A stretch of 32,000 nucleotides of DNA. Source: Promethearchaeota archaeon (GTDB taxonomy: Archaea > Asgardarchaeota > Hermodarchaeia > Hermodarchaeales > Hermodarchaeaceae). The notes beneath the pieces are model-generated. The model was not told the origin of the DNA, searched no databases, and saw nothing but the letters and a program-made list of their open reading frames with translations. Shown here in pieces: positions 17,177 through 26,798 of this stretch. The stretch is from positions 1-32,000 of the forward strand of contig JBHLMI010000006.1 of the NCBI GenBank assembly GCA_048938295.1, in the 5' to 3' direction. The translations under genes and the position numbers were made by a program. Numbering within the stretch: position 1 is the stretch's first letter; every line of letters begins with the position of its first letter.

Positions 17177-18514
17177 GTGCTTTGGATGGGTATAGTTGAT
17201 AGCCTGCGACAGTTGCCATCAGCGGCCTGGCAGGCGATAAAGGACTATTTTGCTGGATTACGGCTGTTTTTCAATCGAGAAAATTGGAGCCATAGCATTA
17301 CATTCATCATCACTTTGAGTTTATTTCTCATCCTGGCCGTGGTGCAACGACCCCTTCGATTCATTCTTTGGGATCCCATCAGCGGAGTTCATCCAGGTGT
17401 AGTGAATTCTGTGAGAGTCATGGCGCTAGGAGGATGTGGGGCGTTTATTGGATTTCTCTTTCTTGGGTTCCTAGGGGTTTTTAGGAAAGGACAACAGCTG
17501 CTATTCCAATCCCGTTTCCGACACGCGATATCTCCACTGATGATTGTGAGTAGTGCCTTATTCTTCATCTTTCTTCTCCCACCGTTACTTATTCGCTTCC
17601 CGAACGCCATGAATGTCATGTTTGGCGCTAATGGACTCTTTTTCACCATCTTCACATGGTCGTGGATAATCATGATCTTTCTGCAAGTTATCCTCCTGGG
17701 TTACACTATCGTAAAGAGTACAAAATGGCTCACTGAATATACGGGCATCCCAGCAAAACAACCGCCGAAATGGAAATACGGACTGATCCTCAGCCCAATG
17801 CTCATTCTCATCCCCATCCTCATATTAGCCTGGTTTCCCGTAGTATTTGCCATCATGGTGAATGGCTTCCGACCAGGTGATAATCCACCACCCATTCCCC
17901 TCCCCAACTTCGTTCTTTGGCTACTTAGCCTGGTTCCTGGAGATTTTCTTGTTTACCTACTTCTCATCTCCCCCATAGTCATCATCATCGCAGTCTTGGC
18001 GTTATGGCGACGATACCCCAGCGTTGCAATGGCAATTGCCAGTTTTGGGTTTCTCTATCCTGCCTTAGTGTACTATTATCGTTTCAGGGTCATACAATAT
18101 TTCATCAACTGGTCGTTCCTTCCTGAAACGACATCAATCGCACCCCTACCAAATGCAGGCTTTTTTCAAATCCTTTTGCTGCTTCTAACCTTTGTTTTAG
18201 TCTTATTGGGGGCCGCAAAGATTCAGCGAAACGTGTCTCCAAATCCTTTTGGATTATTTGCGATAATGGTTGGAACCATCGTATTTCTCCTCTTCTGGGT
18301 AATCATCCCAGACTATGCGATTGGCTTTGGCGTTGAATACATTGGCATGATTGGTTCTGCGCTATCAGCATTATTAGCGCTGATCGTGTTTGCTATCCTT
18401 CCGATCAGCTATGCCAGCTACCGCATCCATAAGGGCCCTGATAAACCGTCCGTTGCCGAAGAAAGTGCAACTGTAGAGCTAGAGGTAGAGTATCTGCCAA
18501 GTAAGGCAGAGTAA
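17177..18514 (+). CDS. Polytopic membrane protein (about 11-12 TM), function unknown
   Basis: Long ORF with many hydrophobic helices and no recognisable transporter motif; ATG 17186 is a possible start. Confidence 0.75.
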   Translation: MLWMGIVDSLRQLPSAAWQAIKDYFAGLRLFFNRENWSHSITFIITLSLFLILAVVQRPLRFILWDPISGVHPGVVNSVRVMALGGCGAFIGFLFLGFLGVFRKGQQLLFQSRFRHAISPLMIVSSALFFIFLLPPLLIRFPNAMNVMFGANGLFFTIFTWSWIIMIFLQVILLGYTIVKSTKWLTEYTGIPAKQPPKWKYGLILSPMLILIPILILAWFPVVFAIMVNGFRPGDNPPPIPLPNFVLWLLSLVPGDFLVYLLLISPIVIIIAVLALWRRYPSVAMAIASFGFLYPALVYYYRFRVIQYFINWSFLPETTSIAPLPNAGFFQILLLLLTFVLVLLGAAKIQRNVSPNPFGLFAIMVGTIVFLLFWVIIPDYAIGFGVEYIGMIGSALSALLALIVFAILPISYASYRIHKGPDKPSVAEESATVELEVEYLPSKAE

Positions 18515-18543
18515 GCTTTTTGCCTCCAAGCAAGTAGGAAGTC

Positions 18544-19281
18544 ATGACAATGACCATGACAATCATAACAGAACTCCAAGATATTGAAAAGCGACTCGAC
18601 CAAGAAGGTGATACAGCACAAGTTCGGAAAGTCTTCTGGCGTATCGTTGGAAAAATCAAGCGATTGGATCCCGCGTTGGTTGATGATAAAGTCGTCGAGA
18701 AAGCGACCGCGATTCGAAACCGCCTTTTCAAGCATAAAATCGCAATCAGTGTTGGAAGAGGAGTAGCAGTCTACTTTCTGGTATTCCTCTTGTCAATCCT
18801 TGGTTACATCTGGGCCCTGCTTTTTCTGGAATCGACACTTGCGGTATTCATCATTTTACCTCCACTCTTTGCCCAAATCATTTTGAATATCGTCCTCATT
18901 CTGATCTGTGTCTGTACTGCCTATGGATTCTACCCCATGGGACGCTTCCTTGGTGGAGTCATTGCCCGAGTAAAATTCGAAGGGATGTACCGGTATTCAC
19001 CGGGAGAACTCGGATTGAAAATCGAATACGCCAGTTACCTACGCACGACACCAAGCCGCCGCAAATGGGTCTTCGGTTTTCCCATTATATGGGTCTTCGG
19101 TATCCTCATCACCCTGCTCCCCATTACCTGGTTGCTGAATCCAACCGGTGTTTGGGCTCCAATCTTCATCATAATCTTATTTGCATTATTCTACGTTGTG
19201 ATCTATCGGATGAAAACTGGCGAGATATACCGGTTTGTGCGGGAGCTCCGTATCGCCCGTGAAGTGAAACGAACGCAATAA
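18544..19281 (+). CDS. Membrane protein with a soluble N-terminal helical domain; possibly a degenerate M50-like fold
   Basis: Four TMs; segment GRFLGG...GLKIEYASYLRT...RRKWVFGFP; no HExxH. Confidence 0.65.
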   Translation: MTMTMTIITELQDIEKRLDQEGDTAQVRKVFWRIVGKIKRLDPALVDDKVVEKATAIRNRLFKHKIAISVGRGVAVYFLVFLLSILGYIWALLFLESTLAVFIILPPLFAQIILNIVLILICVCTAYGFYPMGRFLGGVIARVKFEGMYRYSPGELGLKIEYASYLRTTPSRRKWVFGFPIIWVFGILITLLPITWLLNPTGVWAPIFIIILFALFYVVIYRMKTGEIYRFVRELRIAREVKRTQ

Positions 19282-19585
19282 AACCAGATTCGTGTTCAAG
19301 GAAGAATATTCACGAAATTTAGGTATATTATTCGCAAAAACCATTCCATGTTTTTCACCTGTGTCATTCCTCTTTGGTAGTTGCCAGGAGCACCCTTTAC
19401 CTTAGATACTTGGTTATATGTTTTACTAACCTTAGTTTTAACCCCCGGAGACAAAATAGCTTCCCACATTGTGTGTTTTTCTCCGCATAAGAGGAGCCAA
19501 ACCGAAGAAAACAGACTAGATTTGATGATGTGTAAAAGAATTTAGGTATGGTATATTGTGAAACTTTACAGAAGGTGTAGAAATA

Positions 19586-21232
19586 ATGAGTGCTGATGCT
19601 GATTTTGAAGCACTGAAAAATGAATTCTATGAACGGTTCTACCAAATGCTTCCAGAAGTGGCAAGCATGCTGGGGCTTCATGAACCCTATGATCATCTCC
19701 TGTCAAAAGGTGATTTAAGCCGAGATTTTAAAATCGAGAAGCTGCTCGAGGAAGCAATCGAGCGAATGAAGAGCACTATCGAGTTTAACACCCTTAACGA
19801 TTCGAACAAGATTGATTGGCAAATCTTGGAGAGAACCCTGGATATTTGGAAATTCAATCTCCATGAACTCAACGTTAACACGCTGAACCCTGATGCCTTT
19901 GATCTCATCGGGATGGCTTTCTTTATGCTGATTTCAAGAGACTATGCACCTCTCGAGGAAAGGATGAAGGCAATCATTTCACGTATGGGCGAGGTTCCAC
20001 GCTTCCTGAAGGAGTTTCAAACCCGCTTTGAAAACTCTAAGCCCGTGAAGCTCTGGACAGAAATCGCCCTCGAATCAGCAAAAGGGATTCCGGGTCTTTT
20101 TCAGTTCATCATGGTCGTAGGAAAAGGGCAAATTTCCGATGAGCTCCAGGCAAGCTTGGAAGAAACAGTAGCCACATTAGATGAACCACTCAAAGAGCAT
20201 ATTGCATGGCTTGAACAGCTGCTATTAAAGACTACAGAAAAATGGACGATGGGTCGGGAAAGGTTTGAGCGATTCATTCAATACCGTGGACTTGGAATGA
20301 CTGCGGACGAGATTCTACAATTTGGGATCCAAGCCCTCAAAGACCTTAAAGAAGAAAGGCGGAAAACGGCTGCTCAAATTGATCAAAATAAGAGTATTGA
20401 AGAGGTTATGGCTACAATTGAGAAAGATGTCCCAGACACCTTTGAAGAAGTTTTGACCGCGACACGAACTGCGGTGGAGAAGGCGAAACAATTCGTTCTT
20501 GACAACGATTTGGCCACAATCTATGAAGAGGATAAACTCTATGTTCAAGAGACACCTCCCTTCATGACACCTTTAATCCCTTTTGCGGCTTTGATGCCTC
20601 CTTCACGATTTGATGAAAAGAAAATCGGGGTGTATGTTGTTACCCGACCCAAAGATGTTGCTGACCTTGGAAAGCAACTGAATAATCCCAATACTCGAAA
20701 CGTCGCTGTCCACGAAGGTTATCCGGGACACTTCTTGCAACTCTCTGCTTCGAATAGAGGATCACTTATACCTCTTATCGGCTTGATGGCAGCCACTCTA
20801 GGAACTGAAACCGTGGAAGGGTGGGCTCATTACTGTGAGCAGATGATGATGGAACAGGGGTTTGTGACCAGCCTGGAGGCTAAAATGGTCCAACTTACTG
20901 GAGTGATTTGGCGGGCAGTCCGAATCATCGTGGATGTTAAATTATCACGCGGTGAAATGACGATTGATGAGGCTGTAGACATGCTCGTCAAGGAAACTGG
21001 AATGGTCAAGGATAGTGCCATCGCAGAAGTCAACTGGTACACTCTCTCACCAGGTTACCCCTTGTCCTACCTGTTAGGAAAACATCTGATTCTCCAACTC
21101 CGTGATGAAGTAAAACAAAGGATGGGTGACGAATACACCGACAAATTCTTCCACGACACCATCACCCACAATGGCAACCTGCCTATCACGTTCCTCAGAA
21201 AGGTATTTGATCAGAAAATCGCAAAACTCTAG
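19586..21232 (+). CDS. DUF885 family protein (putative zinc metallopeptidase)
   Basis: VHEGYPGHFLQ (HExxxxH), EGWAHYCE, WRAVRIIVD and PGYPLSYLLG. Confidence 0.92.
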   Translation: MSADADFEALKNEFYERFYQMLPEVASMLGLHEPYDHLLSKGDLSRDFKIEKLLEEAIERMKSTIEFNTLNDSNKIDWQILERTLDIWKFNLHELNVNTLNPDAFDLIGMAFFMLISRDYAPLEERMKAIISRMGEVPRFLKEFQTRFENSKPVKLWTEIALESAKGIPGLFQFIMVVGKGQISDELQASLEETVATLDEPLKEHIAWLEQLLLKTTEKWTMGRERFERFIQYRGLGMTADEILQFGIQALKDLKEERRKTAAQIDQNKSIEEVMATIEKDVPDTFEEVLTATRTAVEKAKQFVLDNDLATIYEEDKLYVQETPPFMTPLIPFAALMPPSRFDEKKIGVYVVTRPKDVADLGKQLNNPNTRNVAVHEGYPGHFLQLSASNRGSLIPLIGLMAATLGTETVEGWAHYCEQMMMEQGFVTSLEAKMVQLTGVIWRAVRIIVDVKLSRGEMTIDEAVDMLVKETGMVKDSAIAEVNWYTLSPGYPLSYLLGKHLILQLRDEVKQRMGDEYTDKFFHDTITHNGNLPITFLRKVFDQKIAKL

Positions 21233-21882
21233 CCTTGGTTGATCTTGTCTTCTTTGTTTTGTTTTCGTAGTGGAGGAAAGAGACGACCAGTTCGTAGGAT
21301 GTATTCCCTATAGGTTTCGCCAAATTTTTCGAGGAGCATTGCTTCTTCCTGGGGCATTCGAAGAACAATGTAGACCAAGAAAGTGAACCACAGGAAGAAG
21401 AAGAGAATGTGCGCTGTCATCAGGAACCAAGAAAGGAAGAGAATGATGAACGCCGTGTACATAGGATGACGTACTCGCTGATATGGCCCGTTTGATACTA
21501 GCGTATGCTGGTCTTGAATGGTGAGTATTTTGGAAAATGCTTTTCCTAATGTGGCATGGGCCCACCAGAGCAGGAATAAGGAGATGAAAGCAATTATGAC
21601 ACCGAGCCATCGGAACCAGTCCGGGATTGGCAATACCATCCAGGGAAAGAGGTAGGGAAAGAAGATATAGAGGACGAGTGCGACCAGCCAAATAATCCCC
21701 AAGAAAACTAACAAGGTAAACGTGACTCGTCCTTCATGCTTGGTGGAACTTCGTGTAAGTTCTCGGAGAGATTTCTTTCGATCGGGAGATTTCCAACCAT
21801 AATATCCCCTGATCACGAAAATTCCGACGAAGGTAATGAGGAAGATTATGAAGAAAAGAAAGTCACCGTTCATCGTTTTCAT
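21229..21882 (-). CDS. Isoprenylcysteine carboxyl methyltransferase (ICMT/PEMT) family membrane methyltransferase
   Basis: HTLVSNGPYQRVRHPMY, EEAMLLEKFGETYREY and five TMs. Confidence 0.9.
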   Translation of the reverse strand: MKTMNGDFLFFIIFLITFVGIFVIRGYYGWKSPDRKKSLRELTRSSTKHEGRVTFTLLVFLGIIWLVALVLYIFFPYLFPWMVLPIPDWFRWLGVIIAFISLFLLWWAHATLGKAFSKILTIQDQHTLVSNGPYQRVRHPMYTAFIILFLSWFLMTAHILFFFLWFTFLVYIVLRMPQEEAMLLEKFGETYREYILRTGRLFPPLRKQNKEDKINQG

Positions 21883-21933
21883 CTATGATGGTGAGGATAA
21901 AACCTTTGCATTTATACTTTAAGGTCAGTTTTT

Positions 21934-21949
21934 TGACTGACCAGTCAGT
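21934..21949. promoter_or_regulatory. Candidate TetR operator
   Basis: Overlapping palindromes TGACTG-AC-CAGTCA (21934-21947) and ACTGAC-CA-GTCAGT (21936-21949) lie between the divergent methyltransferase and tetR genes. Confidence 0.65.
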
Positions 21950-21990
21950 TACTTTTTTATACAATGAGCCCATTTTAGGAAGGTTATACG

Positions 21991-22650
21991 GTGAGAACGA
22001 TGCCACGTGTCCTCCAGGATTACAAAATCCGTGCTAAGAAACGCATCATTGAAGCAGCGATAGCAGTCTTTGCTAAGAAGGGCTACCATCAGGCGAAGAT
22101 GACCGACATAGCTAAAGAAGTCGGGGTGAGTAAGGGCACTTTGTATCAGTACTTTAAGAGCAAGGAAGACCTGTTTGGAGCCGTGGTCCAAATTCCATTT
22201 CGGAAAATCGAAGAAGAACCGCTCTCGAAGATTTTGGAGTCAGGGAACCTGTTGGATATCACCACAAATAGCTTCTATGATAAGCTGTGGAGCACCCCAT
22301 TGTTCTTTTCTGAGCCCAACTGGCCACCGAGTCTCATGTTTGAAATTGTCTCCGAAGCGTCACGGAAACCCAAATTAGCTAATTCCCTTCAGAGCATGTA
22401 TGATGATGCTCTAACTTACTTGACGACTTTCTTTGAAGACCAAAAAGAGAAAGGATTCATTCGACGCGATGTAAACACATACAATTTAGCTCTCGGTTTA
22501 ATCGCCTTGCAGGATGGATTGCAGGGTTACGAACTTTTCGGAATGGATCGGTCCGAAACTGGAAAGGCTTGGTCTGAGATTTCAAACATCTTGTTGACAA
22601 GCGTCGTTCCTAATAGGAAAGAAATGAAAGAATACAAAGAAAACAAATAA
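21991..22650 (+). CDS. TetR/AcrR family transcriptional regulator
   Basis: [44 protein letters not shown] helix-turn-helix. Confidence 0.95.
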   Translation: MRTMPRVLQDYKIRAKKRIIEAAIAVFAKKGYHQAKMTDIAKEVGVSKGTLYQYFKSKEDLFGAVVQIPFRKIEEEPLSKILESGNLLDITTNSFYDKLWSTPLFFSEPNWPPSLMFEIVSEASRKPKLANSLQSMYDDALTYLTTFFEDQKEKGFIRRDVNTYNLALGLIALQDGLQGYELFGMDRSETGKAWSEISNILLTSVVPNRKEMKEYKENK

Positions 22651-22686
22651 CCTAAGTTCCTCGATGCGGTTTTCAATCTAGGTGGG

Positions 22687-23853
22687 CTAATTAAGTTCTT
22701 GTATGAGTTGATCAAAGAAGGCTTTAATTGTAGCCGGTTTCAAATGAGGCATAACAACCATTCTAATCGTTGGTGGTATTGGTGATAGAGCCATTCGCCA
22801 ACCCTTGTGCCCCATCACCTCTGCGATTTTTTGTAATGGTCTTCCCTCGATTTGAATGGCTAGCAGATTCATAATTGGTGGAATTGGTACACTAAGTTTT
22901 GGATGCACCGCGATACGGTCCATCGCCAACATTGTATTATTCATGCATGTTTTGATTATGTTCTGATACCCCTTACGCCCTAGGTGTTTCATGATCCCCC
23001 AGGTAGCTAGAATTGGTCCAGCTGGCCTCGTACCGAGGAGGGATCGTTGGTTCGCGCTTGCGCCAAGGAGATAGGGGACATTCATTGTGATCTTCTGTAA
23101 TGGTTCTTGGTTTCGAAAGAGGAGAAAACTTGCAGGAATTGGTGCAAGGCCCATTTTGTGTGGGTCCATGCTGATACTCGTCACACCTGGGCTTTGGAAA
23201 TCAAAGGAGGGGCTAGGATAACCTAAAGCGTTGAGGAAAGGAAGAACGAATCCACCAAAGGCGGCATCAACGTGTAAAGGGAGTTGATGTGCGTCAGCGA
23301 TGGAAGCGATTTTAGGAATTGGATCGACTTGCCCCAGGTACGTAGTTCCAGCAGTACAAAGGATTCCAATTGTATCTGGAGTAATAGCTTGCTCAATTTC
23401 TTCGGGGATGGCTCGAAATTTATCATCAACCTTGGTTTTAATCAAATTAAGCCCGAGAATCCATGCGGCTTTTTCTACGGAAGAATGGACAGTCTCGGGG
23501 GCAATAATGGTGGGTCTTTGAATGCTACGAGAGCTAGTTTCCCGGGCTGCTAGCATCGCAAGGACATTCGATTCGGTTCCTCCAGAAGTACTTGTTCCAT
23601 AAGGCTGGTGAATTCTCAATAGGTCCCCTATCATACTGATAGTCTCATGTTCGATTTGTTCGCAGCCCCTGAAGGTATTATAACGACCCGCATTTCGATC
23701 CATAGTCCTCGAAAAGATTTCAACACCCAACTGGTGCGGAGTGGTAGACATAGAGGAAACAGGATACCCACTGGTATAGGTAGAATCCAGTTCCAAAGTC
23801 TGTGACAGGAGTTCCAACACCTGATTCTTTGGTAACCCTTGCTCTTTGAACAT
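22687..23853 (-). CDS. mfnA: PLP-dependent L-tyrosine/L-aspartate decarboxylase (MfnA type)
   Basis: TSGGTESN, HSSVEKAA, TAGTT, LHVDAAFGGF, DPHK (PLP lysine) and SLLGTRP. Confidence 0.88.
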   Translation of the reverse strand: MFKEQGLPKNQVLELLSQTLELDSTYTSGYPVSSMSTTPHQLGVEIFSRTMDRNAGRYNTFRGCEQIEHETISMIGDLLRIHQPYGTSTSGGTESNVLAMLAARETSSRSIQRPTIIAPETVHSSVEKAAWILGLNLIKTKVDDKFRAIPEEIEQAITPDTIGILCTAGTTYLGQVDPIPKIASIADAHQLPLHVDAAFGGFVLPFLNALGYPSPSFDFQSPGVTSISMDPHKMGLAPIPASFLLFRNQEPLQKITMNVPYLLGASANQRSLLGTRPAGPILATWGIMKHLGRKGYQNIIKTCMNNTMLAMDRIAVHPKLSVPIPPIMNLLAIQIEGRPLQKIAEVMGHKGWRMALSPIPPTIRMVVMPHLKPATIKAFFDQLIQELN

Positions 23854-23966
23854 TTGTAGCCCTCAGAACGTTATATACTTCGGTTTGCGTCTGATTATTA
23901 TCGGTATAACTATTGTGGAGGAAAAGAAACAATGATTCGAAAAAATACTCCCAAAAAAGATGAAAG

Positions 23967-24326
23967 TCAGTCAAAGTTAAGTCGAGTGCTTTTAACCAGG
24001 GCTTTGTCGACCTTCAGCATATGTTGTATGTAATCTTCAATCTTTTTTGCATCAAAGACTTTACATGAATACAAATCGAGGATAAATTCACGGTCACTAG
24101 GAAAAGTATGCACCGCGATATGGGAGTAATCAATAATAGCAAATCCTGTTAGTCCTGGATTATGCGGCCTTCCCTCAACGACGACTGGACCATGTAAAAG
24201 TTCCATCTCGCTTAATCTTGCTACGTCTCGAATTATCGTTTCCACAAAGGAGCGGTCCATTAACTGTTCACGGTCACAGTCAGCAACTTCCATTATCAGT
24301 TGGAACCGGTTTGTTGAGAAAGACAT
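23967..24326 (-). CDS. speD: Pyruvoyl-dependent S-adenosylmethionine decarboxylase-family proenzyme
   Basis: GLTGFAIIDY-SHIAVHTFP and DLYSC match SpeD (ES|HxxxHTxPE...DxxxC). The cleavage site is YS instead of ES. Confidence 0.8.
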   Translation of the reverse strand: MSFSTNRFQLIMEVADCDREQLMDRSFVETIIRDVARLSEMELLHGPVVVEGRPHNPGLTGFAIIDYSHIAVHTFPSDREFILDLYSCKVFDAKKIEDYIQHMLKVDKALVKSTRLNFD

Positions 24327-24387
24327 GAATCTAGCTCCTCATCTACCTCGATAAAAATCCCTCACTCAATCCAACCATGCAGAGAAT

Positions 24388-24426
24388 TACTAACAAAATT
24401 GTGGAACGCACACTTTTTTGTTAGTA
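24388..24426. other. Long stem-loop in the leader of the speD-like gene
   Basis: TACTAACAAAA (24388-24398) pairs with TTTTGTTAGTA (24416-24426), enclosing an inner TGTG/CACA stem. Confidence 0.6.
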
Positions 24427-24623
24427 CAAAAAAATTTTGAACATGCAGCCGACTAGGTTCTGTATCCATTACGTCCAGACCAGGACGAACATCTTTACAT
24501 TCTCTTGACGATGTTATTTGGGAAGCACATCATGCGAGCACAACTTGACTAGGCTGATGAGGCGAGTAAGTTTCTGCGACCCCAGGTTAAGAATTAAAAA
24601 CCACAACTACACATAGCACTGCA

Positions 24624-25352
24624 GTGGATGGTGTTCTGGGCGTGGATGAGACCGCATTTCGTCAGTTTCTGAAACGGGGTGGTCGCAAGCCCCATGTGGT
24701 GGATAGCATTATCCATATTGTCCGCAGCTATGAAGCGTATCTGCGTAAATATGCCAATGGGAAAACCATTGATGAAGCAACCCTAGAGGACATAACAACC
24801 TACGTTACCTGGTTCGAAGAAGACCAAGGAACCTCAACAAAGAGGCAGCTGTGGGCGATTCGTTATTACTACCGATTTACTGCTAATAGGGAGATGGCGA
24901 ACCGAGTCGCAGAGTTTAGGGAAGTCCGTACCCGAAGGACTCGGAAGGAGTTTCAATTACGCGATTTCAGAGGGATAAACCTCGAGCATGTGACGAAACT
25001 CGAAGCTGCTGGTATCTGCGATGTAGAGCAGATGCGGACTAGAGGAGCGACCCCCAGCCAGAGAACTGAACTCGCAAAAATGCTAGATATTCCTGAGGAA
25101 ACTATTTTGGAATTAGTGAAATTATCCGATCTGGCAAGATTACCTGGTGTCAAAGGGATTCGTGCTCGCCTTTATTATGAAGCGGGCGTGGATACTTTGG
25201 AAAAAATGGCGCAATGGGATCCAGAAGCGCTACGACACATGCTCATTGAGTTTGTGGAAAAGAGAGGATTTAATGGAATTGCCCCACTGCCGAAAGAAGC
25301 CGCAAACTCAGTTAAAGTAGCTGGAGAACTCCCCAAGCTCATCGAATTTTAG
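24624..25352 (+). CDS. DUF4332 (HhH) protein with an N-terminal integrase-SAM-like helical domain
   Basis: DLARLPGVKGIRARLYYEAGVDT and FRGINLEHVTKLEAAGI; alternative start GTG 24642. Confidence 0.8.
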   Translation: MDGVLGVDETAFRQFLKRGGRKPHVVDSIIHIVRSYEAYLRKYANGKTIDEATLEDITTYVTWFEEDQGTSTKRQLWAIRYYYRFTANREMANRVAEFREVRTRRTRKEFQLRDFRGINLEHVTKLEAAGICDVEQMRTRGATPSQRTELAKMLDIPEETILELVKLSDLARLPGVKGIRARLYYEAGVDTLEKMAQWDPEALRHMLIEFVEKRGFNGIAPLPKEAANSVKVAGELPKLIEF

Positions 25353-25605
25353 CATATAATTCAATACCTATCGCTGCCAGCGATGTTAAGGCGTTCAAAA
25401 GCCTTGATAAGACAAATCTAAATTCATCATTCTAAGCATTATCAATTAAGAAAACCAAACTAGTTGCTATATCCGACAACCGATCAAATACAGTATCAGT
25501 ACTCTATAGTCTGATCTCAGCTACGGCTAAATCCACTAATAAGCGCAGCGAATAGATGAGCTGAGACTAGCATTTAGGGAAGCTTCCATTAAGCGGGGAG
25601 TAGTA

Positions 25606-26727
25606 TTAACGATTATTTAGGCTTTCTTTGGAAAGGAGTGGAGTACCTTTTTTCTCCATCTGTTTTTGTATCTTTAGGGCTTCTTGTTTTTTCGTGGTGG
25701 CAACCTGGATTAGATGGTTCCAGGCTTTGGGTGTGTTTTCTATTTTTTCCAGTTCAAGAACACCTTTACTTACAGCTTTATTGACTAACTCTTTGCCTTT
25801 CTCTGTTCGAATAATCAAGATGGACCAGCCTTTCCGTACCGCTGCCCCGCCTATACTTAAGTCGGCTAGTTCAGCTGTAAAATCCGTGCAGGTCTTACAA
25901 GCAGTCACTATATGGTCTTCAATTTCTTTAATTGGAACTTTGATTTCACTACGATTTGTTGTTATTATGTAGTGACTAACTTCTAGGTCAATGCTCTGAA
26001 TTTCGCTGGAAGATATTTCATATTCTCGATACAGGTAATCTGTTAGAGTTTTTAACGAGTAAATGCATAGGCAAAAAAGGCCGATTATAATTCCTATGCA
26101 TGCTGATAACTTGTGCTTCCAAGCCTCAAGCTTTCGAAGTGCTAGAACTTGGCAAGGTACACCAACAAAAGCGATTTGGCTTTTACCGTGCTCAAATACT
26201 GCCCTCCCAAACGCTTTCGCAACAGCTGAAGGCACAAATTTGGCATCCACTGCAGAAAGTGTATCATCAGGAACAAGACTTATTGCAGGTCTAATCTCTA
26301 AAGGGTTCTCATCTACAGCCTCAGATATTATTGTACAATCAATAAGGTTCTCAGACATCGCAAAATGAAGTAATGCATTAACGACCCCTCCCCTGCTCCC
26401 AGAGGTTCTAAAACCTGGATCAGTTGCTCGTGCCAAGAAGACCTCTTGATAATAACCTAATTCATCCGATTTATGGGGTGCAGGTGCCACAGACTCTAGC
26501 ACTTCAGATAAGAGCATTCCCGTATGGGGACAAATTTCGTAGCAAATAGAGCAGGTATCCATGTCCTCAGAACAATCATGAAGCATATAAGGGGCATCAT
26601 CTTCTTGCGCGATCGCATGAACCGGACATGCAGCTTCACAAGCACCACATTGAGTACATAATCCAGGCTCTATTATCCGATGCGTTAATTCGTTAAACGA
26701 TTCGCATTTAAACACTTTTTTAGACAT
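25606..26727 (-). CDS. Coenzyme F420 hydrogenase/dehydrogenase beta-subunit family protein with an N-terminal 2x[4Fe-4S] domain (FpoF/FqoF/FrhB-like)
   Basis: CTQCGACEAACP, CSICYEICP, SRGGVVNALL, VGVPCQV, IIGLFC and CKTCTDFTAELADLSIG. Confidence 0.9.
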   Translation of the reverse strand: MSKKVFKCESFNELTHRIIEPGLCTQCGACEAACPVHAIAQEDDAPYMLHDCSEDMDTCSICYEICPHTGMLLSEVLESVAPAPHKSDELGYYQEVFLARATDPGFRTSGSRGGVVNALLHFAMSENLIDCTIISEAVDENPLEIRPAISLVPDDTLSAVDAKFVPSAVAKAFGRAVFEHGKSQIAFVGVPCQVLALRKLEAWKHKLSACIGIIIGLFCLCIYSLKTLTDYLYREYEISSSEIQSIDLEVSHYIITTNRSEIKVPIKEIEDHIVTACKTCTDFTAELADLSIGGAAVRKGWSILIIRTEKGKELVNKAVSKGVLELEKIENTPKAWNHLIQVATTKKQEALKIQKQMEKKGTPLLSKESLNNR

Positions 26728-26798
26728 AATTTAGCGCGCTTCTCATTTTTTTCTACAGTATTACTATTCTATAACTTAACCTAATATCGTAGACAAAC

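Noticed and set aside
19282-19585. 300-bp gap with a ~57-codon minus-strand ORF (MWEAILSPG...) and the 19397-19696 ORF
   Set aside because: No motif, start signal or coding-like pattern that I can support.
21229-21882. Link between the ICMT-family enzyme and prenylation of the Rab-like protein
   Set aside because: The Rab-like protein ends MLGFAKY with no C-terminal Cys/CAAX, the genes are 19 kb apart, and the ICMT family is widespread in prokaryotes.
24554-24580. CTGATGA resembling a hammerhead ribozyme core or C box
   Set aside because: No properly placed GAAA with supporting stems and no CTGA D box.
24624-25352. DUF4332 protein as an integrase marking a mobile element
   Set aside because: It has only a SAM-like N-terminal domain and HhH motifs; no tyrosine-recombinase catalytic R-H-R-Y domain and no att repeats were found.
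25628-25972. Antisense and shadow ORFs throughout the window (e.g. 2884-3345, 3493-3960, 9258-9641, 18405-18731, 21308-21691, 26893-27318)
   Set aside because: They lie opposite or out of frame to well-supported genes and lack motifs.
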